Positions 27,581-41,427 of a DNA stretch of 64,000 nt are shown here, piece after piece. Below the pieces are notes generated by a model that worked only from the letters and a program-made list of their open reading frames with translations, made no database searches and was not told where the DNA came from. The position numbers were made by a program, and so were the translations under genes. This DNA comes from Glycera tridactyla. Taxonomy: Eukaryota. The number at the start of each line of letters is the position of its first letter. Positions within the stretch are counted from its first letter, which is position 1. The stretch is from contig OZ286477.1 in assembly GCA_965644265.1 (NCBI GenBank), positions 29,202,001 to 29,266,000 on the forward strand, in the 5' to 3' direction.

Positions 27581-28799
27581 GTTTGAGAGGCGTCTGGGGA
27601 GGGCAGCGAGTAGATCATCTACATATATCTATGAATATGATTTCGTCTCTACATATATGTCAGGCGGCCCTGAGATGATCCACCTACTTCACGAGATGGC
27701 GACATTCTGAAAGGAATATATATATGTAGATAAGCCTTGTCTGGATGTGGAATAGCACACTCGCTGCAGAACAACCCGACAAGGAAATCATCATGATTCA
27801 CGACAGCCTGAATATAAGGATTGTGAAAAAAAATGCTATATGAATAAAAAAAATCACTTCCAAGGTCATCATGGAGCTAGGTTTCGAATATAGGGAAGAT
27901 TTGAATATGGGAAAGATGATCAATATATGATGGTTACAGGCTAATAGAGGGTTCATTCCTGTCTAGTCAGAGCATGTGAAACATGTTTGGTTGATGCTTG
28001 TATCAATCCATCAATTCATTATAGTTGGTGTTATGTAAAGATGGTGATGGGGCTGATGAATATCCCCGCCCAATGAATATTTTGAAGTCTTCGTAAAGTC
28101 ATTCTGAGGCTCACTTGCCTCACAAACATATTCGTATTTACTTGCATTATGTAGGGCCCAACCTAAACCTGTGTGATGATCATTCAAGCCCCACCCCACC
28201 CCCACCCACCCTCACCATCGTAACAAATCTCGATTGATTATATTAGTCTTCATAAGTCTTCATAATGTTCATCAAGAGTGAGGTGTATAACATACACATC
28301 TCCCTCGCATCATAAGTATGTTACATTTACAAAAATACATTTGCAGGCCAATAGCATGTTACATTCACTAAAACACATTTGCAGGCCAATAACATCTAGT
28401 GGCACATAACTAAATCAAGCAAATTATAGATTCGAGGTACTCCAGAGAACTGACATCTCTGAAAATAGCCAGCAACAATGACTTATTTATGAGTAATGTT
28501 GGATTATTAGAAAAAAATTGAAATCCAATGATTGTTACTCAAGATAAAGCAACAAATATACTCCCACTACATTTCACCGAAAAGACACAGAACACAGAAT
28601 CACTGATATCCTCTATCCCTATAGGTGGAGAGATGAGTGATAAGTGACAATTTTGAACAGACTGCAGCTGTTTATGTTGAAAATCATGATCCTGATATAG
28701 ATATCATATGACGTACACTAGCGTGCGAAACTCAGTGCTGGCATATGTCAGACTCAAGTCGGCCAGACAAGTCAGAGAACGCTTGTAGTTTCATCTAAT

Positions 28800-29750
28800 G
28801 AGAAGTTTTTTAAGAAGGGTTGTCAGTGCGTCGATGTTGCTCGTCATCTTTATGGACATACCGTACCCAACTCTCGCATGTCATTCATTCACGTGATGTG
28901 CGTGGTGTTGAAGTATACAGCTGCTGCATTGATTTACGATTGATTTCGGTTTCCTGGCTCGCCAATGTTGTCACTACATGTCGCGCTTTTATGTCTTCTC
29001 ACTTCTTGCTTTTCTTGTATTTCAGTTTGCCCTTAGATAGGTTATTATACCATGCTAGTGTGCATTTAGTACGACCTCTGAGCCATTTGCAAACATAATG
29101 ATGGTACCATGAAAACATACATTTTGCATCTGACTTGCTATAGATTTTCATCTAGATTGATTACACACTGCATTTACCTTGCCAACAATTTCACAGATTG
29201 TGGAATTCTTAACATTCCATATCTAATCTTATCTTATCTATTTACCTTCCATGCTGGATTATCACTCTTTTTCGAATCTATAGTATAGGCATCTCAGAAT
29301 AGCACAGGCAACTCTCTGTAACATCACGGGAAGGTGAGACCAATAATGAGGATATGTGAACCCAATAACCATTGACATATTTCAAAATATACCCATTAAG
29401 TCAGTTTCAAAACACCTTCATTTTAATAACTCACGGTTATCGCCCCAAACGTGATCCAATTCTCACCTGCCAAAAAAAAAAAATATTTATGATGTTAAGT
29501 CAACACACATGACATTTGATGCTTGTATTACTCTGTTCATTTAAACATCCGCAGGAGATCGAATTATCTTGACACTGCTAAACAAAGGCAATTGCTTCTG
29601 ATCACAGATGGATGCTTAAACGACCATGTAGCTGTAACAGTAGCTAGGTGCTGCATATCTCCATGTTGGATGTTGAAAGTTACACAATATCCAAAGACGG
29701 CCCTTGTATGCGTGTGGAACGTCTGTTATTGGTTCAGGGACTGATAGGAA
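28800..29750 (+). pseudogene. Decayed aminergic-like class A GPCR
   Basis: Ordered fragments: *FRFPGSPMLSLHVALLCLLTSCFSCISV (ECL1/TM3), SLPLDRLL (DRY-like), IYLPSML / ITLFRIYSIGISE*HRQL (TM5-ICL3), VAVTVARCCISPCWML (TM6-like). Confidence 0.45.
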
Positions 29751-29989
29751 GGATGGTTCCATCCAGCACTTCCACCTTTCAACAGCATATTCCATCGACT
29801 ATGATTATGATTGTGTAGTTAGAAAGTCTTACATTTGAACAATAATACTAAAAGTCCCTTGGTGTCTGTACAGGCTGATGCTATATGAACACATCGTTGC
29901 CCACTGATTCTAACCTGGTACTGGCATTAACATCATGTAGTTGCTCATTAGATATTACCACAAACCACATGTATAGCGTTCACACTGCC

Positions 29990-31200
29990 AATGACACGTG
30001 AGCAGGGCCATGAGACACGTGGAAAGGGAAGCACTTGTGTGTTGCCATGGAGATGGAAATTGCCGTGATTGTCTGACATTAGATGCAAACAGCATAGAAA
30101 ACTTAATCAGTGGAATTCACGATAAAAATCCCACATAAATAAGTGGAAGTTCTCCAACAATATTGATTCATCCGAGGTTGAGTGATGTCTCAGTGACTGC
30201 TATAAAATGCGTTCTTTCTTCTATATCCATCCGTTCTTTTGAGACCGCTGTTCCCCAACATATATAGGAAAACGAGGAGAGACACTGAGAGGGTGTGCTT
30301 GAAAGATTCCTAGAAATGTCGACAGCCTTTTCATGACATCTTATGTTATCACGATGATCATCCATCATTCATGATTGTATTCATCATGGTATTCGAACAC
30401 CAAGTGCATATTATATAGATGCATATTCATATTTGCCAATTGTTTGGACCTCATGCTTGCACCAACAGGTAGAAGTGTCCAAAAAGTATTACTGCAAACC
30501 AAATGAAAGAAAAATTTTAGCAGATGAGCCACTTGTGTGTTGCCATGATGATGGAAATTGCCATAATAGTGATACATTAGATGTAGACTATATTGACACC
30601 TCAATCAGTGGAATTCATGATCATATGTCTGCAAAAATGAGTGGGAGTATTCTAACGGTAGTAAATTATCTCAGGTTGCTTGAAGTTTCAATGGCTTTGA
30701 TAAGAAGCGCTCTTCCTATCATATCCAACCCTGTCTTTCGTATTGAATGGGCACAAAAATATATATGGAGCAGATTTTCGACATTGAGCGGGAGTTCTTG
30801 AGAGGGTTTCAGGGATAATGTCTGCCTTGTTATGACATGCGATATTATCACTCCATCAGCATCATCTTCATTATTCATTATGTTCCTAATTGCGGAATGG
30901 GACAATATTCTTTGACACCTAGCACATGCTATATGAAAGTTCACTCGCTAGTTGCCTTTTGGTTCCATCCGAATAATTGCATGAACATAGTGGAATTATC
31001 TACATAGTATCCCTGCGAACCAGATGTAAAAGTCGGAGGCTGGTGATGATACATGAGTACGAACTCACGTGTTGCCATGGAGATGGAAATTACGATTATT
31101 GTCTGACATTGGATGCAGACTGCATAGAAACCTCAATCAGAGCAAATTCATGATTGAAACGATGCAAAAAATGAGTGGGCGCTCTCTAATGGTATCCATT
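29990..31200 (+). repeat. Three diverged direct repeats with ~500-530 bp period
   Basis: Anchor GTTGCCATG(G/A)(A/T)GATGGAAATT at 30041, 30539, 31071. Confidence 0.85.
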
Positions 31201-31314
31201 CAGCTCACGTTGCGCGTGGTATCATTCGTAGGGTTAATCAGTGAGCAAATAATCTTTCTTTCCTATCCACATCTTTTCCATGCGATCGTCGTACAGGGTC
31301 ATATATAGTACGCA

Positions 31315-31471
31315 NNNNNNNNNNNNNNNNNNNNNNNNNNNNNNNNNNNNNNNNNNNNNNNNNNNNNNNNNNNNNNNNNNNNNNNNNNNNNNNNNNNNNN
31401 NNNNNNNNNNNNNNNNNNNNNNNNNNNNNNNNNNNNNNNNNNNNNNNNNNNNNNNNNNNNNNNNNNNNNNN
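31315..31471. other. Assembly gap (N run)
   Basis: Run of N. Confidence 1.
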
Positions 31472-31769
31472 ACGTAATGGAATAGTGAGCAGAATTATGT
31501 GCAGCCCTTTGGGGTATGGAATCTAATATACTGCAAACATTACACAATTATCTTGCTGCATATAAACGTAACCACACTTCCTGCATACTGTCCCGACACG
31601 AAGAGCAAACTGGTGGGCGGTGTATCCTTTTAGCAAGAAAGCATATTTTTATCCTCGTATGGGAGATCACACAAATACCTGAGCACGCACATTCTTCGCA
31701 TCTTCTTCGCACATGCAATGAGGACCGAGGAAATGATCCTGAGATGCCTGTATTCTCTATGGGCATTGC

Positions 31770-34580
31770 AATGTCAAATATACACACATGTACTAGTTTC
31801 ATCATCATATAAGATGTTGACAGATGATCATTGATTATAGAATGTTACATATGTCCAAAGATTTTGAGCGACATGGCAGGTTATTCCAGTTGCTGGATGT
31901 TTCTATATGAGAAAATGTATGGCTCACTACGTAGCCAAGGTAAAACCAGCTTTCACTAAAGTACATTATTCAGTGGATTTTTTCAATTAAGGGTGTCACC
32001 CTGATTGTTCGACAGGGATATTTAAATTCACCCAGAAAGTTAATTTATCCCACCCTGCAGGACCTTTGGGCGCTCGAAGAGTGACTTTCCTTTTGTTTCT
32101 TGTATGATTCTCATAAACCCCCTGAAAAACACCAGGGTCTTGTGCACTTTTTTCATGATACCTAAAATTGATAGATAATTGAAGGTCATGGCCTTTGCCA
32201 GGCCGCAAACATAGACCCGATCGTATTTCGGTGGATCACACATGAAATTTTGCCTCTGATGCAAAACTACACCACCTCTATTCAGCTCGAAAGGGTGCTG
32301 ATATTTAGTTCCTGCTCCAGTGAGACAAATGCATGGGTCTGTATAAAACATATTCTTGTATTGGAGTGTAAACGTACCACCAGGGTTATATGAAGAGTGT
32401 TGCTGCGATGGATATTGGTATCCATTAGATGAAAGAGAGGCAGATGCTAGCAGAGAAAAATATGTATACGTCAGCGTGTTCAATTAATCTCACCAGTCAC
32501 TTATTCAATGATAAATGTGATTCATTTTCTAGTCTGCAGGCGAATTTCAATCATCACATGGGATGTAAATCAGCGCAAGATTTCGTGTATCGAGACAGGA
32601 AAAATCGAACCCTGTCAGGTAGCGATACTTGTGTCTCATTGGAGAGCATGTTTGTCGAATGCCAAATTTTGATGAAGTTACAAGGATTTACATCTGTAGT
32701 CTCAGAGCAAATCGATGATCAGCATTTGTAGTCTCAGAGTAAATCGGTGATTAGGAGGGCTCAATTGAATAATGATTCGAAATTGCTCAATTGATGTGTG
32801 ACAGACACCTTCATTCTCATTTTAAGTTCCTGCAAATCATGTCCAAACTACAATTGCTCCCTTTGTGCCAATTGTTGTGTTTTCTAGGGCAACATTGCAT
32901 ATGGCAGGATTGTATTTCAGACAGCCATACTTTTCGAATCTCTCAGAGAACAACTGTGTATCCGATGAATAACAGAATGGTGTCAAACAGTGGCACTGGA
33001 CACGTAGGATATACATAATACTTATACTACATTTAACCATCCTCGATAAAACAGGCAAATGGTGAGTTTGTCATTGTAGATAACACACTGAGAATCTAGT
33101 CACTCATGTCCCAGGAATTCTAAATCTCACAGCATCATCATTAGGCATGGAGTATTCGTGCATGCTATCAACCAAAAAGCACACTGCATGACAATTGAGA
33201 TGTTGGCATCAGTATTATTATTCCCATGATATGCTCATGCAAGCATATCATTGATCGCACGTGCGACAGGGATATAGTGATGCTGGGATGGCAGTGTTCT
33301 ATGTGGGAGTTTCAATGTCAAATAAACATGTGTGTACTGCTTTTAAGATAAGTTAAAACAATTTTGATGGGTAATGATCAACTATAGGATGTGATGGAGG
33401 TTGGCTTATGTTGAGCTACATGGCAGGTTATTTCATTTGCTGTATATTACATATGTAGGACAGTATTTTCTCCCTAAATTAGTTCTGGTGAACCCAGCTA
33501 TCACAGAAGTACATGCTTCAGCTCCATCATCTAGGGGATCCCTCACATTCTCCTCAATGAGGGAATCAGCCAGATGTTTTGCTGTGCATATTACAGTTAA
33601 CCCTGTGGATTAATTTATCCCACCCTGCAGAACTGTCGGTGGTTCACATGCAAAATTCTACATGTCACATAATATCATACCACCTCCAGCCATCTTGAAG
33701 AGTTTTGATAAGAGGTCTCTGCTCCAATGAAACCAATGCATGTGTGTGTCTCACATATTTTTGTATTGGAATGCAAATATACCATCAAGGTTATATGAAG
33801 ATGGTGCAATATATGATAGCCAGGTTGCTCGTCTGCGATGGATATTGGTATCCATTAGATAGAAAAGCGGCAGATGCTAGCAGACAAAAATATCTATGCG
33901 TCAGCGTGTGTTCAATTAATCTCACCAGTCACTTATCCAATGATAGATGTGATTCATTTTCACAGGCTTGAAGGCGAATTTCACTCATCACATGAAATGC
34001 ACATCAGCGCAAGATTTCGTGTATCGAGACATGGATAATCAAAAGCTGTCAGTTAGCGATACTGGTGTCTCATTGCAGCATGTTTGTCAAATGCCAACAT
34101 TTTAATGAAGTTACAAGTATCTACATCTGTAGTCATCCAGAGCCGATCGAACATTGTGAGGGCTCGAGTTAATGATATTTGAAATCACTCAATAGATGAG
34201 TGATGGATACCTCAATTTTCTTGCAGTTCTTGTTACTTCAAATCACATCCGAACCACAATTGTTCTCATAGGGTCATTTGTTGTGATTTATCATACGATA
34301 GGCTTATTGCAGGTTTTGCTCTCCGAAAGCATTTTCGAATTTGATTGAAAGCACTTCCTGTGTGTTCAAACTGCGTATTCAATGAATCATATGCTGATGT
34401 CGAACATTGATACTGGACATACATATACGCTCATCATACATTAAACCATCCTCAATTAGAACTGTCTTCCTAGTAAACTCACTGAGAATCTATCCACTCA
34501 TGACCATGAGAGTCTAAATCCCACAGCATCATCAGTAGGCGTGGAGTATCTGTGCATGCTATCAACAGAAAGGCTTACTG
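31770..34580. repeat. Diverged tandem duplication, ~1.43-1.57 kb period
   Basis: TTAATTTATCCCACCCTGCAG at 32040/33610; TGCGATGGATATTGGTATCCATTAGAT at 32404/33834; collinear similarity to ~33150/34580. Confidence 0.9.
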
Positions 34581-34789
34581 TATGACAACATGTTTGCATC
34601 AGTATTATTATGCCGATGAAGATGAATAACCTGTCAATCTGTTGACTCAGCTGACACCATGTGTGTACTACAAAAGCCTGTGATGCCTTCCACTATCCAG
34701 ACAACCCCAAGATGGCTGTCTAGCTACATTCTTGGTTCACTCTTACTGCCTGACGTGTTTGGGCGTTACATGATTCTTCGCAATCATTA

Positions 34790-35560
34790 TCATTGCAGAC
34801 CTTTCTGTTGGAGCAAATTTACACTGACATGGATTTCAGATGTTGCAATATATGATCTACTTTGCTGGGAAACTTTCTTATGTCGAACACAATCGATCCT
34901 GTCAGATAGGGGTGGCGCAAGCAAAAAGGCAACAATTTCAAACACAATTGTGTGTGGAATAGAAGGGTTCGGACAGGCAGGCAGGTGAACATACTGACAG
35001 AAATACAGACATATGGACAGATAGATATAATGACAGACAGACTGACAGCCAGGCACACAGACACACGGGCATACATACACCCAGACACACAGATAAGAGA
35101 CACACAGACAGCTAACCAAAGACAGACGCACAGACGGACAGAGAGAGTATACTGTAGTCAATAGAGGGCGTACGTGATTACCTCTTCGACGCAGAAGTGC
35201 ACATTGGTAATTATGTACAAGAATCATTGCCACGCACACCACCCAGGCATAGTTGTCCCCAAGATCTGGGAACTTGGCCCATCTATTATCATAGTTTAAC
35301 GATTAGTCCACTTTACAATCAATCACTTCGAACTCGACTCTTCAACCACATGGTCTCCACACTATATGAGCATCGATGCTGATGTTGACTTGTGAGTTTC
35401 AAGTTACAAATCTCTAGTCTAGCATAAGGAAAACATAATCGGGCCACCACTGTGATCCATATATCGACTTGCTTCTATTTGAATGACGAACGCTAGCTGT
35501 TATCCCTATCGAATCTGAGCTTGTATTTGTCGAAAGTGCTGTTGAACGGCGAATGTCTCC
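34790..35560 (-). pseudogene. Decayed Cys-loop ligand-gated ion channel fragment (LBD to M1-M2)
   Basis: QWWPDYVF (WxPD loop A), QVNISIDAHIVWRP (..DG.V.W.P), CKVD (Cys-loop start), and PSIPHTIVFEIVAFLLAPPLSDRI (M1 end, FxLPPxSGEKI-like). Interrupted by a (CAGA)n tract at ~34980-35140. Confidence 0.55.
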
Positions 35561-35578
35561 CATCTTTCCATCCATCGA

Positions 35579-35947
35579 NNNNNNNNNNNNNNNNNNNNNN
35601 NNNNNNNNNNNNNNNNNNNNNNNNNNNNNNNNNNNNNNNNNNNNNNNNNNNNNNNNNNNNNNNNNNNNNNNNNNNNNNNNNNNNNNNNNNNNNNNNNNNN
35701 NNNNNNNNNNNNNNNNNNNNNNNNNNNNNNNNNNNNNNNNNNNNNNNNNNNNNNNNNNNNNNNNNNNNNNNNNNNNNNNNNNNNNNNNNNNNNNNNNNNN
35801 NNNNNNNNNNNNNNNNNNNNNNNNNNNNNNNNNNNNNNNNNNNNNNNNNNNNNNNNNNNNNNNNNNNNNNNNNNNNNNNNNNNNNNNNNNNNNNNNNNNN
35901 NNNNNNNNNNNNNNNNNNNNNNNNNNNNNNNNNNNNNNNNNNNNNNN
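35579..35947. other. Assembly gap (N run)
   Basis: Run of N. Confidence 1.
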
Positions 35948-36399
35948 CCCTGACCTGATAACCGAAGTCGGAGCATGAATTATCAATAAGGTATTTTTGC
36001 ATATGTTCTCAGAAGATTGACACTGCATTACGAGTGATAAAATTGATGAATTTAAGTGTGGTCCAATGCGATGGTTTGTGATATTATATGGTATGAGAAG
36101 GTGTGGATGAGTGTTTAGTGAATGTATTGCAATGTGTGGTGTGGTGTGACGTGGTATTGATTTGTGGTGTGGCGTGGAATGAAGTAGTGTGGTTTGTGAA
36201 GGAGTGAAGTCTCCTGGTGTATATTGCGCTGCGGTGTGATTGGGCGCAAAATGATGTTGTGTGATGAGGTCTAAAATGACTTGATATTGTGTATCACACA
36301 ACAGATGAAATACATGATGGATGATAAGGTACACATATAATGATGTATGATGTATGCTATGTGACGTCAAGTATGCACAGTATTGCTCTCAGTTTTATG

Positions 36400-37400
36400 A
36401 AGATGCAGCAAATATCACATTTCTTTCAAAACTTGCGATGATTAGCAATTCTCTGGTATCGATTTGGCCATCTGCTCGAGTCTCTATGACAAATTCTCAA
36501 CTCTTGGAATCTTCGTATGAGTTTGAAATCAATATCTAATTAGAATCAGGAAATTGTGTTGGCAGGACATGTCTATCTAGTCAGATGATTCGAGGATGCT
36601 TCCTAGTATTGGCAAAATGGAGAATTTTTACTAGCCAACAAATCATTAATTTACACACACTTTTATCGAGTACGAAAACAGTTCTCAACCGTCATAAGAA
36701 GGGGCTATGTCATATAATGTATGGTGAATTGAAAAAAAAGGGATTCATACAAGAATGTCACACCGAGTGTATTGATTATATTATAGGTCTGTTGGATAGC
36801 AATAAATTGTATTTTATGTCACATCATGTTCAAGTGTTAGACAGCAAAAAGTGGACGGCTGTTGATCTGTTAATGTATCAAAAGAAGGGCGCAGTCTTCA
36901 TTCATCTCTGATGGACTATGTTGATTAGCTTTGGTTCAAGTCGAGATTATTTACTCAGGCGACAAATTGCAGTAAATATTGACTCTGAATACAATGCGGT
37001 GTAGTGAAGTCTACCAAGTTGAGTTGATGCTCGGATAAAAATGGAAGTCTGTACAGGGATGATATTTCTGACTCCACTGATGTCCGTTCTCTGCTGAATG
37101 ATCCGTGGTCATTTTGATTTGTGGGGAATTTTCGATACCTGTCCATTATTGGATGATGCCGCTGCACATGGAGTAGTGCTCCATCATGCCTTGTCATTAT
37201 TGCTGACAATCTGGTGTTAGAAAAAGTTGATAATCACCAGGAGAACCACGATCAATCAAAGACCATGTCACATCAGCAGATGCTGAGGGCAGAGCACCAT
37301 TGTGCCTTAAGCTATTTGCATATAATGGATAGATAGATAGGTTAGAAGTTTAACCCATCACATCAAACGTCAAACCGGCAGGAACGGCTCGAATAATCCT
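36400..37400 (+). pseudogene. Decayed class A GPCR-like gene
   Basis: FLSKLAMISNSLVSIW (GN-like TM1); 37195-37310 is a nucleotide paralog of the TM5-TM6 region of the GPCR-like remnant at 49461-49570 (minus strand). Confidence 0.35.
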
Positions 37401-37781
37401 GGTTTGGTTGAAAACATGTCAAGCCCCACTGAATCAAGCGGTCTCTTATGGGAACATGAAAAAACTTCAGGCATGATATACTCAGTCCCGTCTCTCCTGC
37501 CTTTTTGATTCTCTACCAATTAGCCTCACTAGTCATTCGTCTCAGTGATATATAATATCTGAGTGCTAGTTCTTATTCCACCCCCGCACTAACAATGCAT
37601 GATAGGCTATGGAAGAAACTCCATGAAGCAGATGAGACTAGACCAAACATTCATGCAAATTTGGGACCCGTAAACCTACCTTCGTGCACCAGTTTTCATT
37701 GCACCAAATCCAATCTGATTAATTGCGCATTGTCTCTTTTCAGTGCAACTTATCAGTTTGAATTGGATCATATTCACATTC

Positions 37782-37817
37782 TTCAATTCAATTCAATTCA
37801 ATTCAATAAACTTTATT
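37782..37817 (-). repeat. LINE 3' end: AATAAA plus (TTGAA)5 tail
   Basis: Minus strand reads AATAAAGTTTA TTGAA x5; short tandem-repeat tails are typical of CR1/L2 elements. Confidence 0.9.
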
Positions 37818-38298
37818 TTTTCTCGTAACTGAATATATATACAGATGTGCAATTATCCTGGTGGATTTCTACAGCACACATGAGAATTAAATTTAACAAC
37901 GCAACACAAACACAAATATACATATATTTTACAGTAGACATTCATTCCAGATTCATCCTTCACCCAGTTATATCCACGACAATAAACATTCACACTCATA
38001 TATACATCCTCGCATATCCTCAAAAATAGACATGCACACACACATTTACTCATGCATTTTTTCACTTCCTTACTATTTACAAACTGAATTCCTGTAGGGT
38101 GTACCAGATAGTAACTTTACAATGTGGGTCTGGGATTTGATGGGATGCTTATTAGATAAGCATTTATATAGTGGACCAGGGGAACATGGTCCATTTAAGG
38201 CTTCTTATATAAGGTACATAAAGGAAAGAGGGGGGGGGGCGGCCTGCTGTCATACCCAAATAACCAAACATTCTTTACAACTATTGCCACAATTTTGG

Positions 38299-41200
38299 CT
38301 AAGTTATACTACCCAGTTCCCATGGGTTCAAATGTTGTGTAATAGAGCATTTGAACACTTGCATTGAACAGGATTCCTTTAGACTGGTGGACAAGCTATT
38401 CCAAAGTTTGGCTCCCCTAAGGGCAAAATTACCCTTTGACTTTACCAAACGAGTTCGCGGTATATGTAAATGGTTTCGTGATGTTGCTCTAGTCGATCTG
38501 CTATTATGGGATGTTAGGGGCACGAATAGTTGTCTGATCCCATGTGGTGTTGCTTTATTTATAATAGTTTTATACATGAAAACTGATCCATGCTTCTGTC
38601 TACGAATTTGGAGGGGATCTAATTTTAGATCCCTCTGTAGACTTTCGCTTGGGGTACTTCGATCTTTCAATAAGATAGTTCTGACCGCACAGTTTTGAAC
38701 TCTTTGCAGCATAGCACTATCACGTTGGCTCAGATTATCATAAACGATATCACAATAGTCAAATATGGGAGTAACAAGGCTTTTGTACAGCATTAGCGCG
38801 GTATCTTGATTTAAAATCGGCCTAAGTCTACCAAGTATCTTCACCTTCTCAATGGTCTTTTTCTTTACATGATCTGCGTGAGCATTGAACTTCAGCTTGT
38901 CATCAAGATATACTCCTAGATATTTGAAAGTATTTACTCTTGATATTTGTTTACCCCCATATTTGACTACTACATTTTGGAATCTTCTCAACATGGCATG
39001 TGTTCCAAAGAGCATCAGTTTCGTTTTTTCAATATTCAACATGAGCTTGTTCTCCTTTAACCAATCTGCTACTAGGGAAAGATTACGATTTAAGATATCG
39101 TGCATTGAATTTGGATCTGCGCTGGTGCATGAAATCGCGGTGTCATCCGCATACAGGTGTACACTTACATTATTGAAGATCGTTGGCATGTCGTTGATAT
39201 ACAACGTAAAGAGTAAGGGTCCTAAAATGGAGCCTTGTGGGACTCCGCATTTAACGTTAAGTGGATCAGAGACTGTACTGTTAGCTTTTGTACTGCATTT
39301 ACGGTCTGTCAGATATGATGTGATCCATTGACTTGCTTTAGGCCCAATGCCTAGTCCCTTTAATTTTGACACTAGAATATTATGGTTTACAGTGTCGAAG
39401 GCCTTGCGTAGGTCCAAGAAGAGCACCCCACTGGGATTCCCCCCCTCCAGTCCCTGATAGATTTTATCCAGGAACTGGAGGAGGCAAGTCACAGTCGAGT
39501 GACCCTCCCTGAACCCCGCTTGTTCACTACATAGAATATCAAATCTGCTTAGGAAATCACTAAGCTGGTTGTGCGTGATACGTTCGAGTATTTCACTCAT
39601 AGGACTTAGTACGGTGATCGGCCTGTAGTTAGAGGGGTTAGATCTAGCACCCTCCTTATATAGTGGGGTGATAAGACCAGTTTTCCATTTGTGAGGGAAA
39701 ATCGAGTTTGACAAGCTCAAGTCAAAAATGTGTTTCAGTAAAGGTCCTATCGATGGTAGGATCCACTTCAGGATAGTTGGTGGTAGACCGTCATCACCAC
39801 AACTTCTAGTGCTAGACATCTTGTTAACCACATTGCAGATGTTTTCAATGGTTACAGAAGAGAATTCAAAATTGAGTCGACTGAACTGTGTCTCTACTGG
39901 CTCATATGGCTCGTTTTGTGGGAAATTATTATTTATGTTTTCTCCAATTGTACTAAAGTACTCATTTAGTTGGGTGGCAATCATAGTTGCATCAGTCTCG
40001 CTACCAATCTTATTTATAATGTTTGCAGCCTTACTATTCGGCCAGAATTCCCGTATGAGTTTCCATAGCTTTTTGGGATTTCCCTCCGATTCAGATAGCC
40101 GCGTACTGATATAAGATCGTTGTAAAGATCTTTTTAGACGATTAGTGGTTAGTTGGGCTTGTTTTTTCCTATCTGCATGTTCTTCGCTGGGTGACAATCT
40201 GTATTTCTTACTCCAGTATTTGCGAGAGTCTATATGGCTAAGGTAATCTCCATTTATCCATCCCGGACTCACATCTCTAAAACGTGTTTTTTTCCAGGGA
40301 ACGTGTTTGTCACATATTTGTAAGATTTTTGTATAGAAAATATCTACTACTACATTTACATCTGTAGTTTCCAATAGATCTTCCCAATTAGAATTTGTTA
40401 TATCATAGTTTAGTTTGGGTACATCAACGTGCCTGTAATTTCTTATCTTTACGGAATGGCCTTTTTTAGTGATTTTCTTCTTTTTACGACTGACAAAAAT
40501 GAGTGAGTGGTCACTGAGGCCAAGATCATAAACATCTGCAATTTTACATAATTCAGGGCGATTCGTCAAAATGTGGTCGATTAAGGTACTCGATGTCGTC
40601 GTTACTCTAGTTGGATTTTTTATCATTTGATCAAGGTGATAGATTTTAAGAAGGTTTTTATACTTTTTCACAATATTATTGTTCTGTAATAAATCTATAT
40701 TGATATCACCTAGTATCCAGATATCAGCAACACGGTCAGTATAAACATCAGCTAAGCGAAGTTCGAGCAATTCAAGGGCGTTTGTAATATCACCAGAGGG
40801 GGGTCGGTAAATAGTGCAGACATATGTTGGCCTTGTATGCGGTAGAGTAAGTCTCACCCATACCATTTCAATGTCCTTCGATACTAGATCCCAGTCTTGT
40901 ATGACTGAGAAACTGTAGTGATCCCTGAGGTACATGCAGATCCCACCACCAGTTTTCTTGAGATTTGGGCCACTTCTATCTAAGCGATGTAGAGTATAAT
41001 TTGGTATTTGTAGTATATCACTTGGAGTTATTGGTGACAAAAAGGTTTCAACCAGGCCAAAACAATCTATCCGTGTTTGTTGTAAAAAGATCTTCAGTTC
41101 ATCTATATTCTTGAGTAAGCTCCTGATATTCAGACAAGCAAAGATAATGCCATTCCATTTAGAAATATCAATTGCGCATTGTGTAGGTGAATTGGGTATG

Positions 41201-41427
41201 ACAGCAGTCTCAGAGGGGAAATAATCAAGTATAGACAAAGTGATGAGTTTTTGTGAACAGACAGTTGTCAGAAAGATGGGGAGTTCATTTTTAAGATTTT
41301 CTTGTAGTGGCTGGCATTTGCAAGATATCAATTTGAATCGCAGATTGTGAGAACAGCAAAATTGGTCATAACTTAGAAGTTCAGTTCCATTACACAATTG
41401 TCATATGGCAAACTGAAATACCATCAT
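38299..41427 (-). CDS. LINE ORF2: apurinic endonuclease + reverse transcriptase (1032-aa open frame 41397-38299; probable ATG at 41427/41424 separated by one TGA at 41403-41401)
   Basis: APE motifs LNIRSL, VETFL, GGGICMY, IYRPP, GDINID, LIDHILTN, LSDH; RT motifs NYRPITVL, QAGFR, FLDLRKAFDTVNH, GVPQGSILGPLLF, YADDT, FKYLGV. Confidence 0.97.

Noticed and set aside
38351-40114. Plus-strand ORFs 38351-38698, 38885-39331, 39728-40114 (and 43137-45247 plus-strand ORFs)
   Set aside because: Antisense shadows of the LINE ORFs with no independent features.
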